Part shown: piece after piece, positions 1 through 8,689 of the stretch
Layout: every line of letters starts with the position of its first letter
Numbering within the stretch: position 1 is the stretch's first letter
From: a virus
Lineage: Duplodnaviria > Heunggongvirae > Uroviricota > Caudoviricetes
Virus record (IMG/VR): IMGVR_UViG_3300008267_008434
Direction: 5' to 3' (one strand)
Length of the DNA stretch: 64,000 nt
Notes under the pieces: generated by a model
Seen by the model: the letters and a program-made list of their open reading frames with translations, nothing else
Told to the model about the DNA's origin: nothing
Database searches by the model: none
Position numbers and translations under genes: made by a program

Positions 1-1942
1 ACCTTCAGTTGGTGATTTTATTACAATATATTATGACGGTAAATGGGATATAAATAACACTTGTTATAATTTACCAACCCCAACACCATCAGCGTCCGTC
101 GCATCAACACCGACACCAACCCCAACACCAAGTTCAACGTATACATTTGTGTGTTCGGCAACACCAACGCCAACACCAACTAAGACACCTTGTTTAACAC
201 CATCAAACACACCTGCGTGTCCTCCACCACCTATGGCGGATTGTTATATGTCAATTAATAGTTGTTATCCAATGATGACATATAGAATTATTGCGTACTG
301 TAACAATGTTATTACTGTTGATAGGAATTTACCTGACTTTTCATCATTTTCTGGGTCATGTTATTCAAGAACATTAATCTATCCACCAAATATGACAACA
401 CTTTATGATAGTATAACACCGGCACCTCATTGGAGTAGTGATGTTATTAATTTTGAAACTGTTTGTGATATTGATGAGTTTGATGTTAAAATATGGAACA
501 TGAATATTCCTTGGAGTGAAAATCCTGCAGGTTTATATCCTGCAACATATGAGGGATATGAATATTTTGGATCAATAGATTATCTTGGGACAAAAGAATA
601 TTTTGGATACGCATCAAGTTTGGGACAAAAAGACACTAGTTCGGTATATTACTACAATTCATTTGATGAAAAGATTACGGTACAACCTGAAGAACAAAAA
701 GCAATTGCAATAATACATTATACAAATCAAACCATTGACTTCTTCTATGGAGAGAAATTTGCGCTAGAACCATATGATTCCGCAAATCCTGATGATACAA
801 CAGGACAAGCAAGAAACTTTAAATTACATCTACCTTGGTTGATGTGGCATAAAAATCCTGCGTGTTGTTCGGGAGAAACATTTTGGGTTGATCCTGCGGG
901 GTTTGAAGATAAAAATCTATTTGATGTCCAATACATACAATCAAATAAAAATTCAGGGATGAATCAACCTGGTATTAGATATTATCATCTTTGGGATACT
1001 CACGCAAATGCTGATGGATACCCAAGTAGAATTGGTAAAGTATTCCCTGATAGTAAGATAGTTATTATTGATGATGAGGAAATAATTGCGGCGATGTCAT
1101 ATAAGTCAAATAGAAACTGGACTTTACCAGCACCTCAAGTTTCCTTAGTAACCCCAAATACTTGTGGAACACCAACAACAACGGTAGATGGTATCTTAAC
1201 AGGAAATAACGAAACTATGTATGTGACTTATAGATTCACAAATCAAACTGGTTTTACAGATTCACTACATTGTAATTATTACTCAAAAGTAATCGGTAAT
1301 AATAATGATTGTAATCCTGACACATCTAAAAATGTTGCATTAAGATTTGGTGCGGAATTCGGATGTATGGTACAACCTTCATACAGTGCTGGAACACCTT
1401 GTATTACTTCTTGTAACTACTTACCTCAAGGATATTTTGGTACTAATTTTGAAATTCTGTGTCAAAAAGTTATAACAGGAAATAGACCTGACTCAACTCA
1501 ATGGAGAATAATTGATTATACCGATGTTATTAGTGCGTCAACAATTAATGGATATTTAACTCAAGATGGTATTACAGGCACGACATTCGTAATTACACCT
1601 GAATTATACAACGCAGCACCATATTATAATTTAAATAATTACATATCCTTAACTACATTAGGATCCACAGGTGAAACATTAAATTTTGGTGATGAATTTT
1701 ATTTTTATGGTGGTTTGGAAACAGATATCCAAGCAACAATATATGAAATGAAATATAAGATTAATTTGAGTAATGCTGAATTCTTAAACACATCAAATCC
1801 TACTTGGACTCAAGGAACTAAATCATATATTACTGAGATTGCATTATTGGATAGAAATAAAGATATATTAGTAATGTCCAAACTACAATCACCAGTTCTA
1901 AGACAAGGTATCCAACAGTTCGTAGTTAAGTTAGATTTCTAA
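1..1942 (+). CDS. 5'-partial multi-module Cys-rich protein with (Thr-Pro)n linkers; putative virion adhesin or receptor-binding protein
   Basis: Reading frame is open from nt 1, so the gene starts upstream (listed ORF 149..1942 is an internal Met). The N-terminus carries TPTPTPT linkers encoded by (ACACCA/ACGCCA)n, and there are many CNY/Cys motifs. No catalytic motif recognised. Confidence 0.55.
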   Translation, partial: PSVGDFITIYYDGKWDINNTCYNLPTPTPSASVASTPTPTPTPSSTYTFVCSATPTPTPTKTPCLTPSNTPACPPPPMADCYMSINSCYPMMTYRIIAYCNNVITVDRNLPDFSSFSGSCYSRTLIYPPNMTTLYDSITPAPHWSSDVINFETVCDIDEFDVKIWNMNIPWSENPAGLYPATYEGYEYFGSIDYLGTKEYFGYASSLGQKDTSSVYYYNSFDEKITVQPEEQKAIAIIHYTNQTIDFFYGEKFALEPYDSANPDDTTGQARNFKLHLPWLMWHKNPACCSGETFWVDPAGFEDKNLFDVQYIQSNKNSGMNQPGIRYYHLWDTHANADGYPSRIGKVFPDSKIVIIDDEEIIAAMSYKSNRNWTLPAPQVSLVTPNTCGTPTTTVDGILTGNNETMYVTYRFTNQTGFTDSLHCNYYSKVIGNNNDCNPDTSKNVALRFGAEFGCMVQPSYSAGTPCITSCNYLPQGYFGTNFEILCQKVITGNRPDSTQWRIIDYTDVISASTINGYLTQDGITGTTFVITPELYNAAPYYNLNNYISLTTLGSTGETLNFGDEFYFYGGLETDIQATIYEMKYKINLSNAEFLNTSNPTWTQGTKSYITEIALLDRNKDILVMSKLQSPVLRQGIQQFVVKLDF

Positions 1943-1992
1943 AAACTTTAATTTTAATTAATAGTTGTTATATTATTAATAAATCATTTTTT

Positions 1993-2601
1993 ATGACTAA
2001 AACTATTAAAAATTCACCAAAAGTCCTTGGACTAGATGTCTCAACAAGAACCATTGGGTGGGCATTATTTGATATTAAAGAACAAGAATTATTAGAATTA
2101 ACTCACATCTCACCAAGACCAAAAGCAAAAGACTTTGGAGATAATAAAATGATGGAGTTGTTACTTAAATCTGAAATATTCAGAACAAAATTATCCGAAT
2201 ATAAAAATTTAGGGATTGTTAATGTAGTTATTGAGGAACCGTTGTTGAACTCAAATAATGTCTATACAATTCAAACTCTTTTAAGATTTAACACATTAAT
2301 ATGTAAAGAAATTTATGATGCGTTAGGTATAGTTCCCGAATTTATATCAACATATAACTCAAGAAAATTTGCATTCCCTGAATTAGTACAACCTAATGAT
2401 AAAGGTAAGCATGTTTTATTTGGGGGACTTCCAAAAGACATAGATAAGAAACAAATTATTTGGGATTTAGTGGCAAAAAAAGAACCTCAAATCCAATGGT
2501 TGTACACTAAAAATAACACCTTAAAGAAAGAAAATTTTGATCAAACCGATGCTTATACCTGTGTATTAGGATATATGAACTCAAAAGAAATTTGGAAATA
2601 A
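1993..2601 (+). CDS. RuvC/YqgF-like Holliday junction resolvase (RNase H fold)
   Basis: N-terminal 'LGLDVSTRTIGWALFD' resembles the RuvC/YqgF first catalytic-Asp motif. 'VVIEEP' fits the second acidic motif and 'DQTDAYTCVLGY' the C-terminal D-A motif. Confidence 0.5.
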   Translation: MTKTIKNSPKVLGLDVSTRTIGWALFDIKEQELLELTHISPRPKAKDFGDNKMMELLLKSEIFRTKLSEYKNLGIVNVVIEEPLLNSNNVYTIQTLLRFNTLICKEIYDALGIVPEFISTYNSRKFAFPELVQPNDKGKHVLFGGLPKDIDKKQIIWDLVAKKEPQIQWLYTKNNTLKKENFDQTDAYTCVLGYMNSKEIWK

Positions 2602-2626
2602 TATCGGTTAGATAAAGGATAATTTG

Positions 2627-2660
2627 AAATATCGTCTTTTTAGACGATATTTTTTTTTAT
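2627..2660. terminator. Hairpin (atatcgtc / gacgatat) plus T8 tract, between convergent genes
   Basis: Perfect 8-bp stem with a 6-nt loop, followed by tttttttt. An A-rich flank on the other side makes it potentially bidirectional. Confidence 0.5.
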
Positions 2661-3769
2661 GGTGAACTCGGAGTTGGTGTTGGTGTTTGAGTCAATGTCG
2701 GAGTTGGTGTCGGAGTTAATGTAACACAAGGACAATCAATAAAAACTATATTAATGTTATTACCTACAGGTATCTTATATGATTTTACAGTAATTGTTGA
2801 ACCACCATTTATGTTTATTACTTGAGTCTCGTTATTACTACAGTTTTTAATATTAAAAGTATTTGCAGTATATAGTAAATTAGTTACTTTATACTCACAA
2901 CAAACATCAGGAGTTTGAGTTGGTGTTAATGTAGGTGTAGGTGTTGGTGTAGGTGTTGGAGTTGAACTAACAGGTGGAATACAAACAAGACATCCTCCTT
3001 CAGAAACTAAACCATTCTCAGTGTTCAAGACTATAATATCAACACCACTAATATTATCCGCAGTACCAATGTACTCAATACAAACATCTATCTCATTCAC
3101 TTCCGCCTCATATACCATACCAATTACTGGAGTACCACCTGTCGGGTTTAATATAACATCAGTGGTTGAATAAATAAATCCATTTAAACAATCTTTGAAT
3201 TGTTTGCTATTTGGACATTTAATATAATCATCAAGAGTGTTAAATGTTACTAAACCTGTATAATTACATGGTCTGGTAATTTCAGGTGAAGGTGTTGGAG
3301 TTAATGTTGGAGTTGGTGTTGGAGTTGGTGTATATGTAATACCCGAAACATTAATACCGATCCCACCACAAGGGTTTGTTGAGGTTGGTGTCATTGTTGG
3401 GGTTAATGTCGGAGTTGGTGTCGGAGTTGGAGTTTGTGTTGTGGGTACATCACAATCAAAAATCGCATCAAAATCTATTGAACAAGCAGCACTTGGTGAT
3501 GGAGTTGGTGTAGGGCAAATACCCGAACTAAAAAGTTCATCACATAAATCAGGACAAGAACTTACACAAGGTGATTTACCAAATAATAAACAATTTGGAT
3601 CCCCTAAAGTTAATGCTAAACACCATTGAGTTTGTCCTGTTGAATAATAAATAGTATATGTATCTCCTGTGAAATAATCATAACCCGCATCGTAAGTACC
3701 TGCGGAAAAATATGTACCATCAAAAGATGATGAAGTACCACTTACACAATATTGACCAAAACAAGACAT
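2657..3769 (-). CDS. Multi-module Cys-rich protein with five (Thr-Pro)n linkers; putative structural or adhesin protein
   Basis: 370 aa with TPTPTPTLTPT linkers between ~60-80 aa Cys-containing modules. Paralogous in style to the + strand gene at 1..1942. Confidence 0.55.
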   Translation of the reverse strand: MSCFGQYCVSGTSSSFDGTYFSAGTYDAGYDYFTGDTYTIYYSTGQTQWCLALTLGDPNCLLFGKSPCVSSCPDLCDELFSSGICPTPTPSPSAACSIDFDAIFDCDVPTTQTPTPTPTPTLTPTMTPTSTNPCGGIGINVSGITYTPTPTPTPTLTPTPSPEITRPCNYTGLVTFNTLDDYIKCPNSKQFKDCLNGFIYSTTDVILNPTGGTPVIGMVYEAEVNEIDVCIEYIGTADNISGVDIIVLNTENGLVSEGGCLVCIPPVSSTPTPTPTPTPTLTPTQTPDVCCEYKVTNLLYTANTFNIKNCSNNETQVININGGSTITVKSYKIPVGNNINIVFIDCPCVTLTPTPTPTLTQTPTPTPSSP

Positions 3770-3771
3770 AC

Positions 3772-3993
3772 TTAAACGGTTACGGTGTCAGTTACAACAC
3801 AATTATTATCATCCACAATTTTAACTATAAAATCAGTTAAAGATGAGTACACTGGTGGAATCTCAAAGGTATATGGTAAGTCACCACTTACGATTGTTGA
3901 TACATAAATACAACTTGTGTATCCTGTATCACATACATAAACATCAAATGGTGTTGAACCTGAAATATTATTTATTGTTATATCTGTTGGCAT
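3772..3993 (-). CDS. Small Cys-containing protein, tightly coupled upstream partner of the PT-linker protein
   Basis: 73 aa. Its stop lies 2 nt from the start of the 2657..3769 gene, in a different frame. Confidence 0.4.
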   Translation of the reverse strand: MPTDITINNISGSTPFDVYVCDTGYTSCIYVSTIVSGDLPYTFEIPPVYSSLTDFIVKIVDDNNCVVTDTVTV

Positions 3994-4080
3994 TTACTAT
4001 TGTTATCTTAGATAAATATAAAGGAATGTAAAAACTTGTGAAGTTTGATTATTCCATAATTTATGTTTATATTATAATTT

Positions 4081-4980
4081 ATGGATGAAAATGAATCTTT
4101 GGTTGAATTATTGGAGGATGTTTTGGGGGATCACGGATTACACTACCCAAATAGAGGACAAATATCCTTCAATTGCCCCGTATGTGACGACGATAGAAAC
4201 AAATCCAACCTTGAGGTAAATTATTTTACAAATGTTTATAAATGTTGGTCTTGTTCTGAAAGTGAGGGTACGCACGGATCTTTGGGTAAACTTTTTGATA
4301 AATACGGGAATAAAAAACATAAAAAATTATATAACATCCTTAAACCTGAAACTGTTCAGGTGAAAGAAAAGAAAAAACCTAAAGTCCAACTACCAAAAGA
4401 GTATAAGTTATTTAAGGATGTTAATCCAAGATATCCAATTAGACAACAAGCAATAAATTACCTATATAATCGGGGAATTTCCGATTATATGATTGAAAAA
4501 TACCAAATTGGGTTCTGTGATAATGGTAGTCATTCTGGTAGGATAATTATTCCATCTTATAGTGCAAAAGGAGAACTTAACTATTACATAGGTAGAAGTT
4601 GGGATCCGTATACTAAAGCTAAATACCGAAATCCCGAAGCCGAGAAAGAAAAAATTATTTTTTGGGAAAATTTAATTGATTGGAACAAAGATATATACCT
4701 TGTTGAAGGTGCTTTTGACGGGATTTTCTTAGAAAACTCAATACCAATGCTCGGAAAACATATGTCAGAATTATTGTTTGAATCAATATATAATAAAGCT
4801 AAAGGTGATATTATTATTTGTTTGGATGCTGATGCGTGGGTTAACGCAGTTAAACTTTATCACGAATTAAATGGTGGAGTTCTATGGGGTAGAATAAAAA
4901 TTATCAAATTACCTGATGATAAGGATGTTTGTGATTTGAAGGGAGAAATAAATGATTATTATATTGAAATACGAGATTAA
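4081..4980 (+). CDS. DNA primase (DnaG-type: CHC2 zinc ribbon plus TOPRIM)
   Basis: 'FNCPVCDDD...YKCWSCSESEG' zinc ribbon, then 'YLVEGAFDGIFL' TOPRIM Glu/DxD-type motifs, and 'IIICLDADAW'. Confidence 0.75.
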   Translation: MDENESLVELLEDVLGDHGLHYPNRGQISFNCPVCDDDRNKSNLEVNYFTNVYKCWSCSESEGTHGSLGKLFDKYGNKKHKKLYNILKPETVQVKEKKKPKVQLPKEYKLFKDVNPRYPIRQQAINYLYNRGISDYMIEKYQIGFCDNGSHSGRIIIPSYSAKGELNYYIGRSWDPYTKAKYRNPEAEKEKIIFWENLIDWNKDIYLVEGAFDGIFLENSIPMLGKHMSELLFESIYNKAKGDIIICLDADAWVNAVKLYHELNGGVLWGRIKIIKLPDDKDVCDLKGEINDYYIEIRD

Positions 4981-5837
4981 TGGATTTAAAAGAAATTGCA
5001 AAGGAGATAAGAGAGATTATTGAAAACAAACAAAAGGAACTACAATTAACTTTTGAGGAAGATAGTCACACATACACAATGATTGATTCATCGGGTAACT
5101 TGAGAAGTGATTGGCCGTCAGTATCAAAAGTGATGAAGTTATTTTATACCGAATTTGACTCGGATGGAATTGCTGAAAAGAAGGCTAAAGGTGACCCTGA
5201 AGAAAAGGCTCGTTTATTGAAAGAATGGTCAGATGCGGGAACCTATTCTACAAATATGGGTTCTAGAGTCCACTTCTTTCTTGAACAAAAATCCTTAGAA
5301 ATGTTTGGAATTGAAAAGGAGGTTAGACAACCAATATTTGATTGTGATTTCACACAAATATTAAAGGGAGATTCTATGATTCATGCGGGTACTGATTTTT
5401 TGGAATTGATGAAAGAAAGGGGAGCTGTATTATTGGATACTGAAATAGTATTAGGGTGTAATGAGATTGGATATGTTGGACAACCAGATAAATTTTGGTT
5501 AATAATGAATAGAGAAGGTACTGAATTTGGTTTAATTATTACCGATTGGAAGACAAACAAAAAGAAAAATTTTGAGGATAACATCTTTACCAAAAAAATG
5601 AAACCACCATTTCAAAGTTTGAGTGATAACGCCTTAGGGCACTACTTTACACAGTTACCGTTCTATTCAAAGTTAATATTGAAAATGTTAAAAGGTTCTA
5701 AGTATGAAAATACCAAATTATATGGTGGTATTATTGTTCATTTGAGTGATGAAGGTAAGTTTGAAGAATTTAGAGTACCTAAAGAAGTTATCAATACTAT
5801 TTTGAATATGGATATGTCAAAATACTTGAAAAAATAA
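4980..5837 (+). CDS. Hypothetical protein; weak PD-(D/E)xK-like nuclease signature
   Basis: ATGA overlap with the primase stop. 'GLIITDWKT' resembles a (D/E)xK motif of YqaJ/RecB-type nucleases. Not conclusive. Confidence 0.3.
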   Translation: MDLKEIAKEIREIIENKQKELQLTFEEDSHTYTMIDSSGNLRSDWPSVSKVMKLFYTEFDSDGIAEKKAKGDPEEKARLLKEWSDAGTYSTNMGSRVHFFLEQKSLEMFGIEKEVRQPIFDCDFTQILKGDSMIHAGTDFLELMKERGAVLLDTEIVLGCNEIGYVGQPDKFWLIMNREGTEFGLIITDWKTNKKKNFEDNIFTKKMKPPFQSLSDNALGHYFTQLPFYSKLILKMLKGSKYENTKLYGGIIVHLSDEGKFEEFRVPKEVINTILNMDMSKYLKK

Positions 5838-5948
5838 ATTAATTTAATTATAATTAAATATGGAAAATTCAGTGGAATTAATATGGGTATATACAACATC
5901 GTGGGATCACGAGTTACCATATAAAATAAAAATTAATTATATTATAAA

Positions 5949-6200
5949 ATGAAAATTAGAATGACAAGATCATATGAAATGTGGGAATCATATGAACCAA
6001 TTGAAATTAACCCAGAAGATTATCCTGAATTGGAAGGAATGACAAATGAAGAAATCATTGATTATTTGAATGAAAATATGTATGAATTTGAAATTAAAGA
6101 TGGTTCAGAAGGAAGTTTAGTTGATGAAATTCAGTTTGGACAAGAAATTATTAAAGATAAAATGGGTGATGAAACATTCACATTATATTTAGAAGATTAA
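5949..6200 (+). CDS. Small acidic hypothetical protein
   Basis: 83-aa ORF, acidic, co-oriented. Confidence 0.45.
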   Translation: MKIRMTRSYEMWESYEPIEINPEDYPELEGMTNEEIIDYLNENMYEFEIKDGSEGSLVDEIQFGQEIIKDKMGDETFTLYLED

Positions 6201-6204
6201 AACT

Positions 6205-6420
6205 ATGGAAGATAATATTATTAGACCTAAAATTGATTTAAAACAACAAGAAACCGTTGAGTGTGAAAAATGTAAATGTAAATTCTTTAAGGAGGTTGTT
6301 TTAATTAAAAAAGTGCCTAAATTAATGACAGGAAGTTCGGAAGATACATTAGTACCATTCCCAACATATATGTGTAATGATTGTGGTCATGTGAATATTG
6401 ATTTTAAATTGTTTGATTAA
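6205..6420 (+). CDS. Small C4 zinc-ribbon protein
   Basis: 'CEKCKCKF...CNDCGH' gives two CxxC pairs. Confidence 0.45.
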   Translation: MEDNIIRPKIDLKQQETVECEKCKCKFFKEVVLIKKVPKLMTGSSEDTLVPFPTYMCNDCGHVNIDFKLFD

Positions 6421-6421
6421 A

Positions 6422-6652
6422 ATGACACATAGAGAATTTTATATTTGGTTAGAAGGTTATCTTGCTGGTAAACTTGAAAATAAACATATAGATATTACAC
6501 CTATTGTTGAAAAAATGGGTGAAGTTATTAGTGATGAACAAAAGTGGATTGATGACTTCAAAAGATATAGAGATATTAATCCATTACCAATAAAACCGAA
6601 TCCGTATAACCCACCGTATGAAATTTATTGCGGTACAAAAGACACAGAATGA
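6422..6652 (+). CDS. Hypothetical small protein
   Basis: ORF with ATG directly after the upstream stop (MTHREFYIWLEG...). Confidence 0.4.
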   Translation: MTHREFYIWLEGYLAGKLENKHIDITPIVEKMGEVISDEQKWIDDFKRYRDINPLPIKPNPYNPPYEIYCGTKDTE

Positions 6653-7428
6653 TAAAAAAAATAATACACTTTTCTGATTTACACATTCGTCTTTATAAAG
6701 ATCATGATTTGTATAAGTCAATAATGGAAGATGCGATTAACCAATGGAGAGAAATCAATCCTGATAGAATTGTATTCACTGGTGATTTGGTTCACTCTAA
6801 AAATCAAATGACTCCCGAACTTATTGAAATGGTTCGGTGGTTGCTTTTGGAATGTTCATTTATTGCACCAACAATCATTATACCTGGTAATCACGATTTC
6901 CTTGTAAACAATGTTGAAAGATTAGACGCACTTACACCAATCATTAATTCGTTAAATAATAAAAACATTTTCTATTATAGAGATAGAGGTGTGTATGAAG
7001 ATGAGAATATTAGTTGGTGTGTGTACTCGCAATATCAAGGGAATATTCCTCCTGATTTGAATGTTGCAACAGGAATAAAAGTGGGATTGTTTCACGGACC
7101 AATTCAAGGAATGAAAACCGATTTGGGATTTGACTTTGGAGAGGAGGCGTATGATGTTGAAAAGTTCAATGGACTTGATGTTGTATTATGTGGTGATATC
7201 CATAAAAGACAAGAATTTAACTTTAAAACGGGTAAAGGTTATATGATAGGTAGCCCAATACAACAAAATATTGGTGAAAGTATTGGTAGACATGGATATG
7301 GAGTTTATAATTTAGAAACAAAAGAATATAACTATACGGACTTATTCAACCCCAAGCCATTTTTAAAGTTTGAAATTAAATCATTTGAGGATATTGAAAA
7401 TGGAACCGAATTACTCAAAAATCTTTAA
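6628..7428 (+). CDS. sbcD: SbcD/Mre11-family nuclease (calcineurin-like metallophosphoesterase)
   Basis: All phosphoesterase motifs are present in order: 'FSDLHI', 'FTGDLVH', 'PGNHDF', 'GLFHGP', 'LCGDIHKRQ'. Confidence 0.8.
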   Translation: MRYKRHRMIKKIIHFSDLHIRLYKDHDLYKSIMEDAINQWREINPDRIVFTGDLVHSKNQMTPELIEMVRWLLLECSFIAPTIIIPGNHDFLVNNVERLDALTPIINSLNNKNIFYYRDRGVYEDENISWCVYSQYQGNIPPDLNVATGIKVGLFHGPIQGMKTDLGFDFGEEAYDVEKFNGLDVVLCGDIHKRQEFNFKTGKGYMIGSPIQQNIGESIGRHGYGVYNLETKEYNYTDLFNPKPFLKFEIKSFEDIENGTELLKNL

Positions 7429-8047
7429 TAAAAAAACAATGCAGACAGTGTCTGCATTTTGTGAATTAAACAAAATTGACGATATAGATAAATTCATCAA
7501 AAAATGTTTTACTGATGGATTTAATATTGAAAAATACGGACTTTTGGGAGAAACACTTAATGAAGGTGAAAAAGACTTAAAAACGGATGTTGTTGAGGAA
7601 AAACAATTAATAAAAGAAGTGATTGTTGAAAAACGGGTGGAAGTTCCTATTGAGGTTATCAAAGAGGTGGAGAAAATAGTTGAGGTGGTTAGAGAAGTAC
7701 CCATTGAAATTATTAAGGAAGTCCCTGTTGAAAAAGTTGTCACAAAAATAGAATATATTAGTGACAAGTCTAGTGAGAACGAATTAGACGAACTTAGACA
7801 TAATTTAGACGAACTTTTAGACAAACCTCCTGTTGAAATTATCAAGGAGGTAGAGGTAATTAAAGAAGTTGAAAATAATGAAAAGTTAAAAATGATGGGA
7901 GAAACTTTACAGAAACTTAGAAAAGAACTATCATTAAAAGACAAAAAAATTGAAGAATTAGAAGAAATAAATAAACAATTAGAATCTATGAAGGTAAGCC
8001 AAGGTGCTGTATACCTCAAAGGTTCAAACTTAACACGAAGATTATGA
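7370..8047 (+). CDS. Hypothetical protein with tandem (E-V-P-I-E-I-I-K-E-V) peptide repeats and C-terminal coiled coil
   Basis: Imperfect ~30-nt repeats across ~7615-7745 encode 'EVPIEVIKEVEKIVEVVREVPIEIIKEVPVEKV'. Confidence 0.45.
   Translation: MKLNHLRILKMEPNYSKIFNKKTMQTVSAFCELNKIDDIDKFIKKCFTDGFNIEKYGLLGETLNEGEKDLKTDVVEEKQLIKEVIVEKRVEVPIEVIKEVEKIVEVVREVPIEIIKEVPVEKVVTKIEYISDKSSENELDELRHNLDELLDKPPVEIIKEVEVIKEVENNEKLKMMGETLQKLRKELSLKDKKIEELEEINKQLESMKVSQGAVYLKGSNLTRRL
7615..7745 (+). repeat. Imperfect tandem coding repeats (about 27-30 nt units) encoding the EVPIEIIKEV peptide repeat
   Basis: Repeated gaagt(a/t)cc(c/t)attga(a/g)(a/g)ttat(c/t)aa(a/g)ga(a/g)gt units. Confidence 0.6.
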
Positions 8048-8397
8048 TGATATTAATTTGGTTATTAGCGGCATATGGAATGTCAAATATATTGGTTTAC
8101 GGATCAATATTTCAAGGAATAAGAGATTGGTTTAAAAACACAGGTAATAGTGGAATACCAGTAATAAGTGACTTCTTTAAGTTCATATCTGATTTAGTGT
8201 CCTGCATGATGTGTACATCAACTTGGGTAGGATTTTTTATGTCATTGGTTGCGTATTCACCTTGGCATGAAATTATAGGATTAAATCAGTACGCATCTAT
8301 ATTTTTTGATGGTATGTTAGCATCAGGATTTGTATGGGCGTTTAATGGTATAGTAGAATGGTTTGAAGAAAATCGACCTAATAATAATGTTTTATAA
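8044..8397 (+). CDS. Small integral membrane protein (3 predicted TM segments)
   Basis: Hydrophobic stretches 'ILIWLLAAYGMSNILVYG', 'VGFFMSLVAY', 'MLASGFVWAFNGIV'. ATGA overlap with the upstream gene. Confidence 0.5.
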   Translation: MMILIWLLAAYGMSNILVYGSIFQGIRDWFKNTGNSGIPVISDFFKFISDLVSCMMCTSTWVGFFMSLVAYSPWHEIIGLNQYASIFFDGMLASGFVWAFNGIVEWFEENRPNNNVL

Positions 8398-8407
8398 ATA
8401 AGTAAAA

Positions 8408-8686
8408 ATGGGAAAAGCAAAGAAAGAACACAGAGCGAAAGTGGTAAAAAGAAATCAGAGAATTGCCGAAGAGAAAGGTAAAATGCAAAGAGCATTTAAT
8501 AAACTTCTTCAAGAACAAATGGAAAAATTCCAAGAAAACGAGGAGTTGAATGTTCAAGTGGGTGATCAACCTGTTCAGTTTAGTGTGGTTGATCCTAATG
8601 AGGTAGAAAACACCATAGACATTGAAACTGTTGGTGAAGGAACCCTTATTAAAGAAACTACCACATTTGAAGACGAAGAACAATAA
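8408..8686 (+). CDS. Hypothetical basic/acidic small protein
   Basis: 92-aa ORF between the membrane protein and sbcC. Confidence 0.45.
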   Translation: MGKAKKEHRAKVVKRNQRIAEEKGKMQRAFNKLLQEQMEKFQENEELNVQVGDQPVQFSVVDPNEVENTIDIETVGEGTLIKETTTFEDEEQ

Positions 8687-8689
8687 TAA

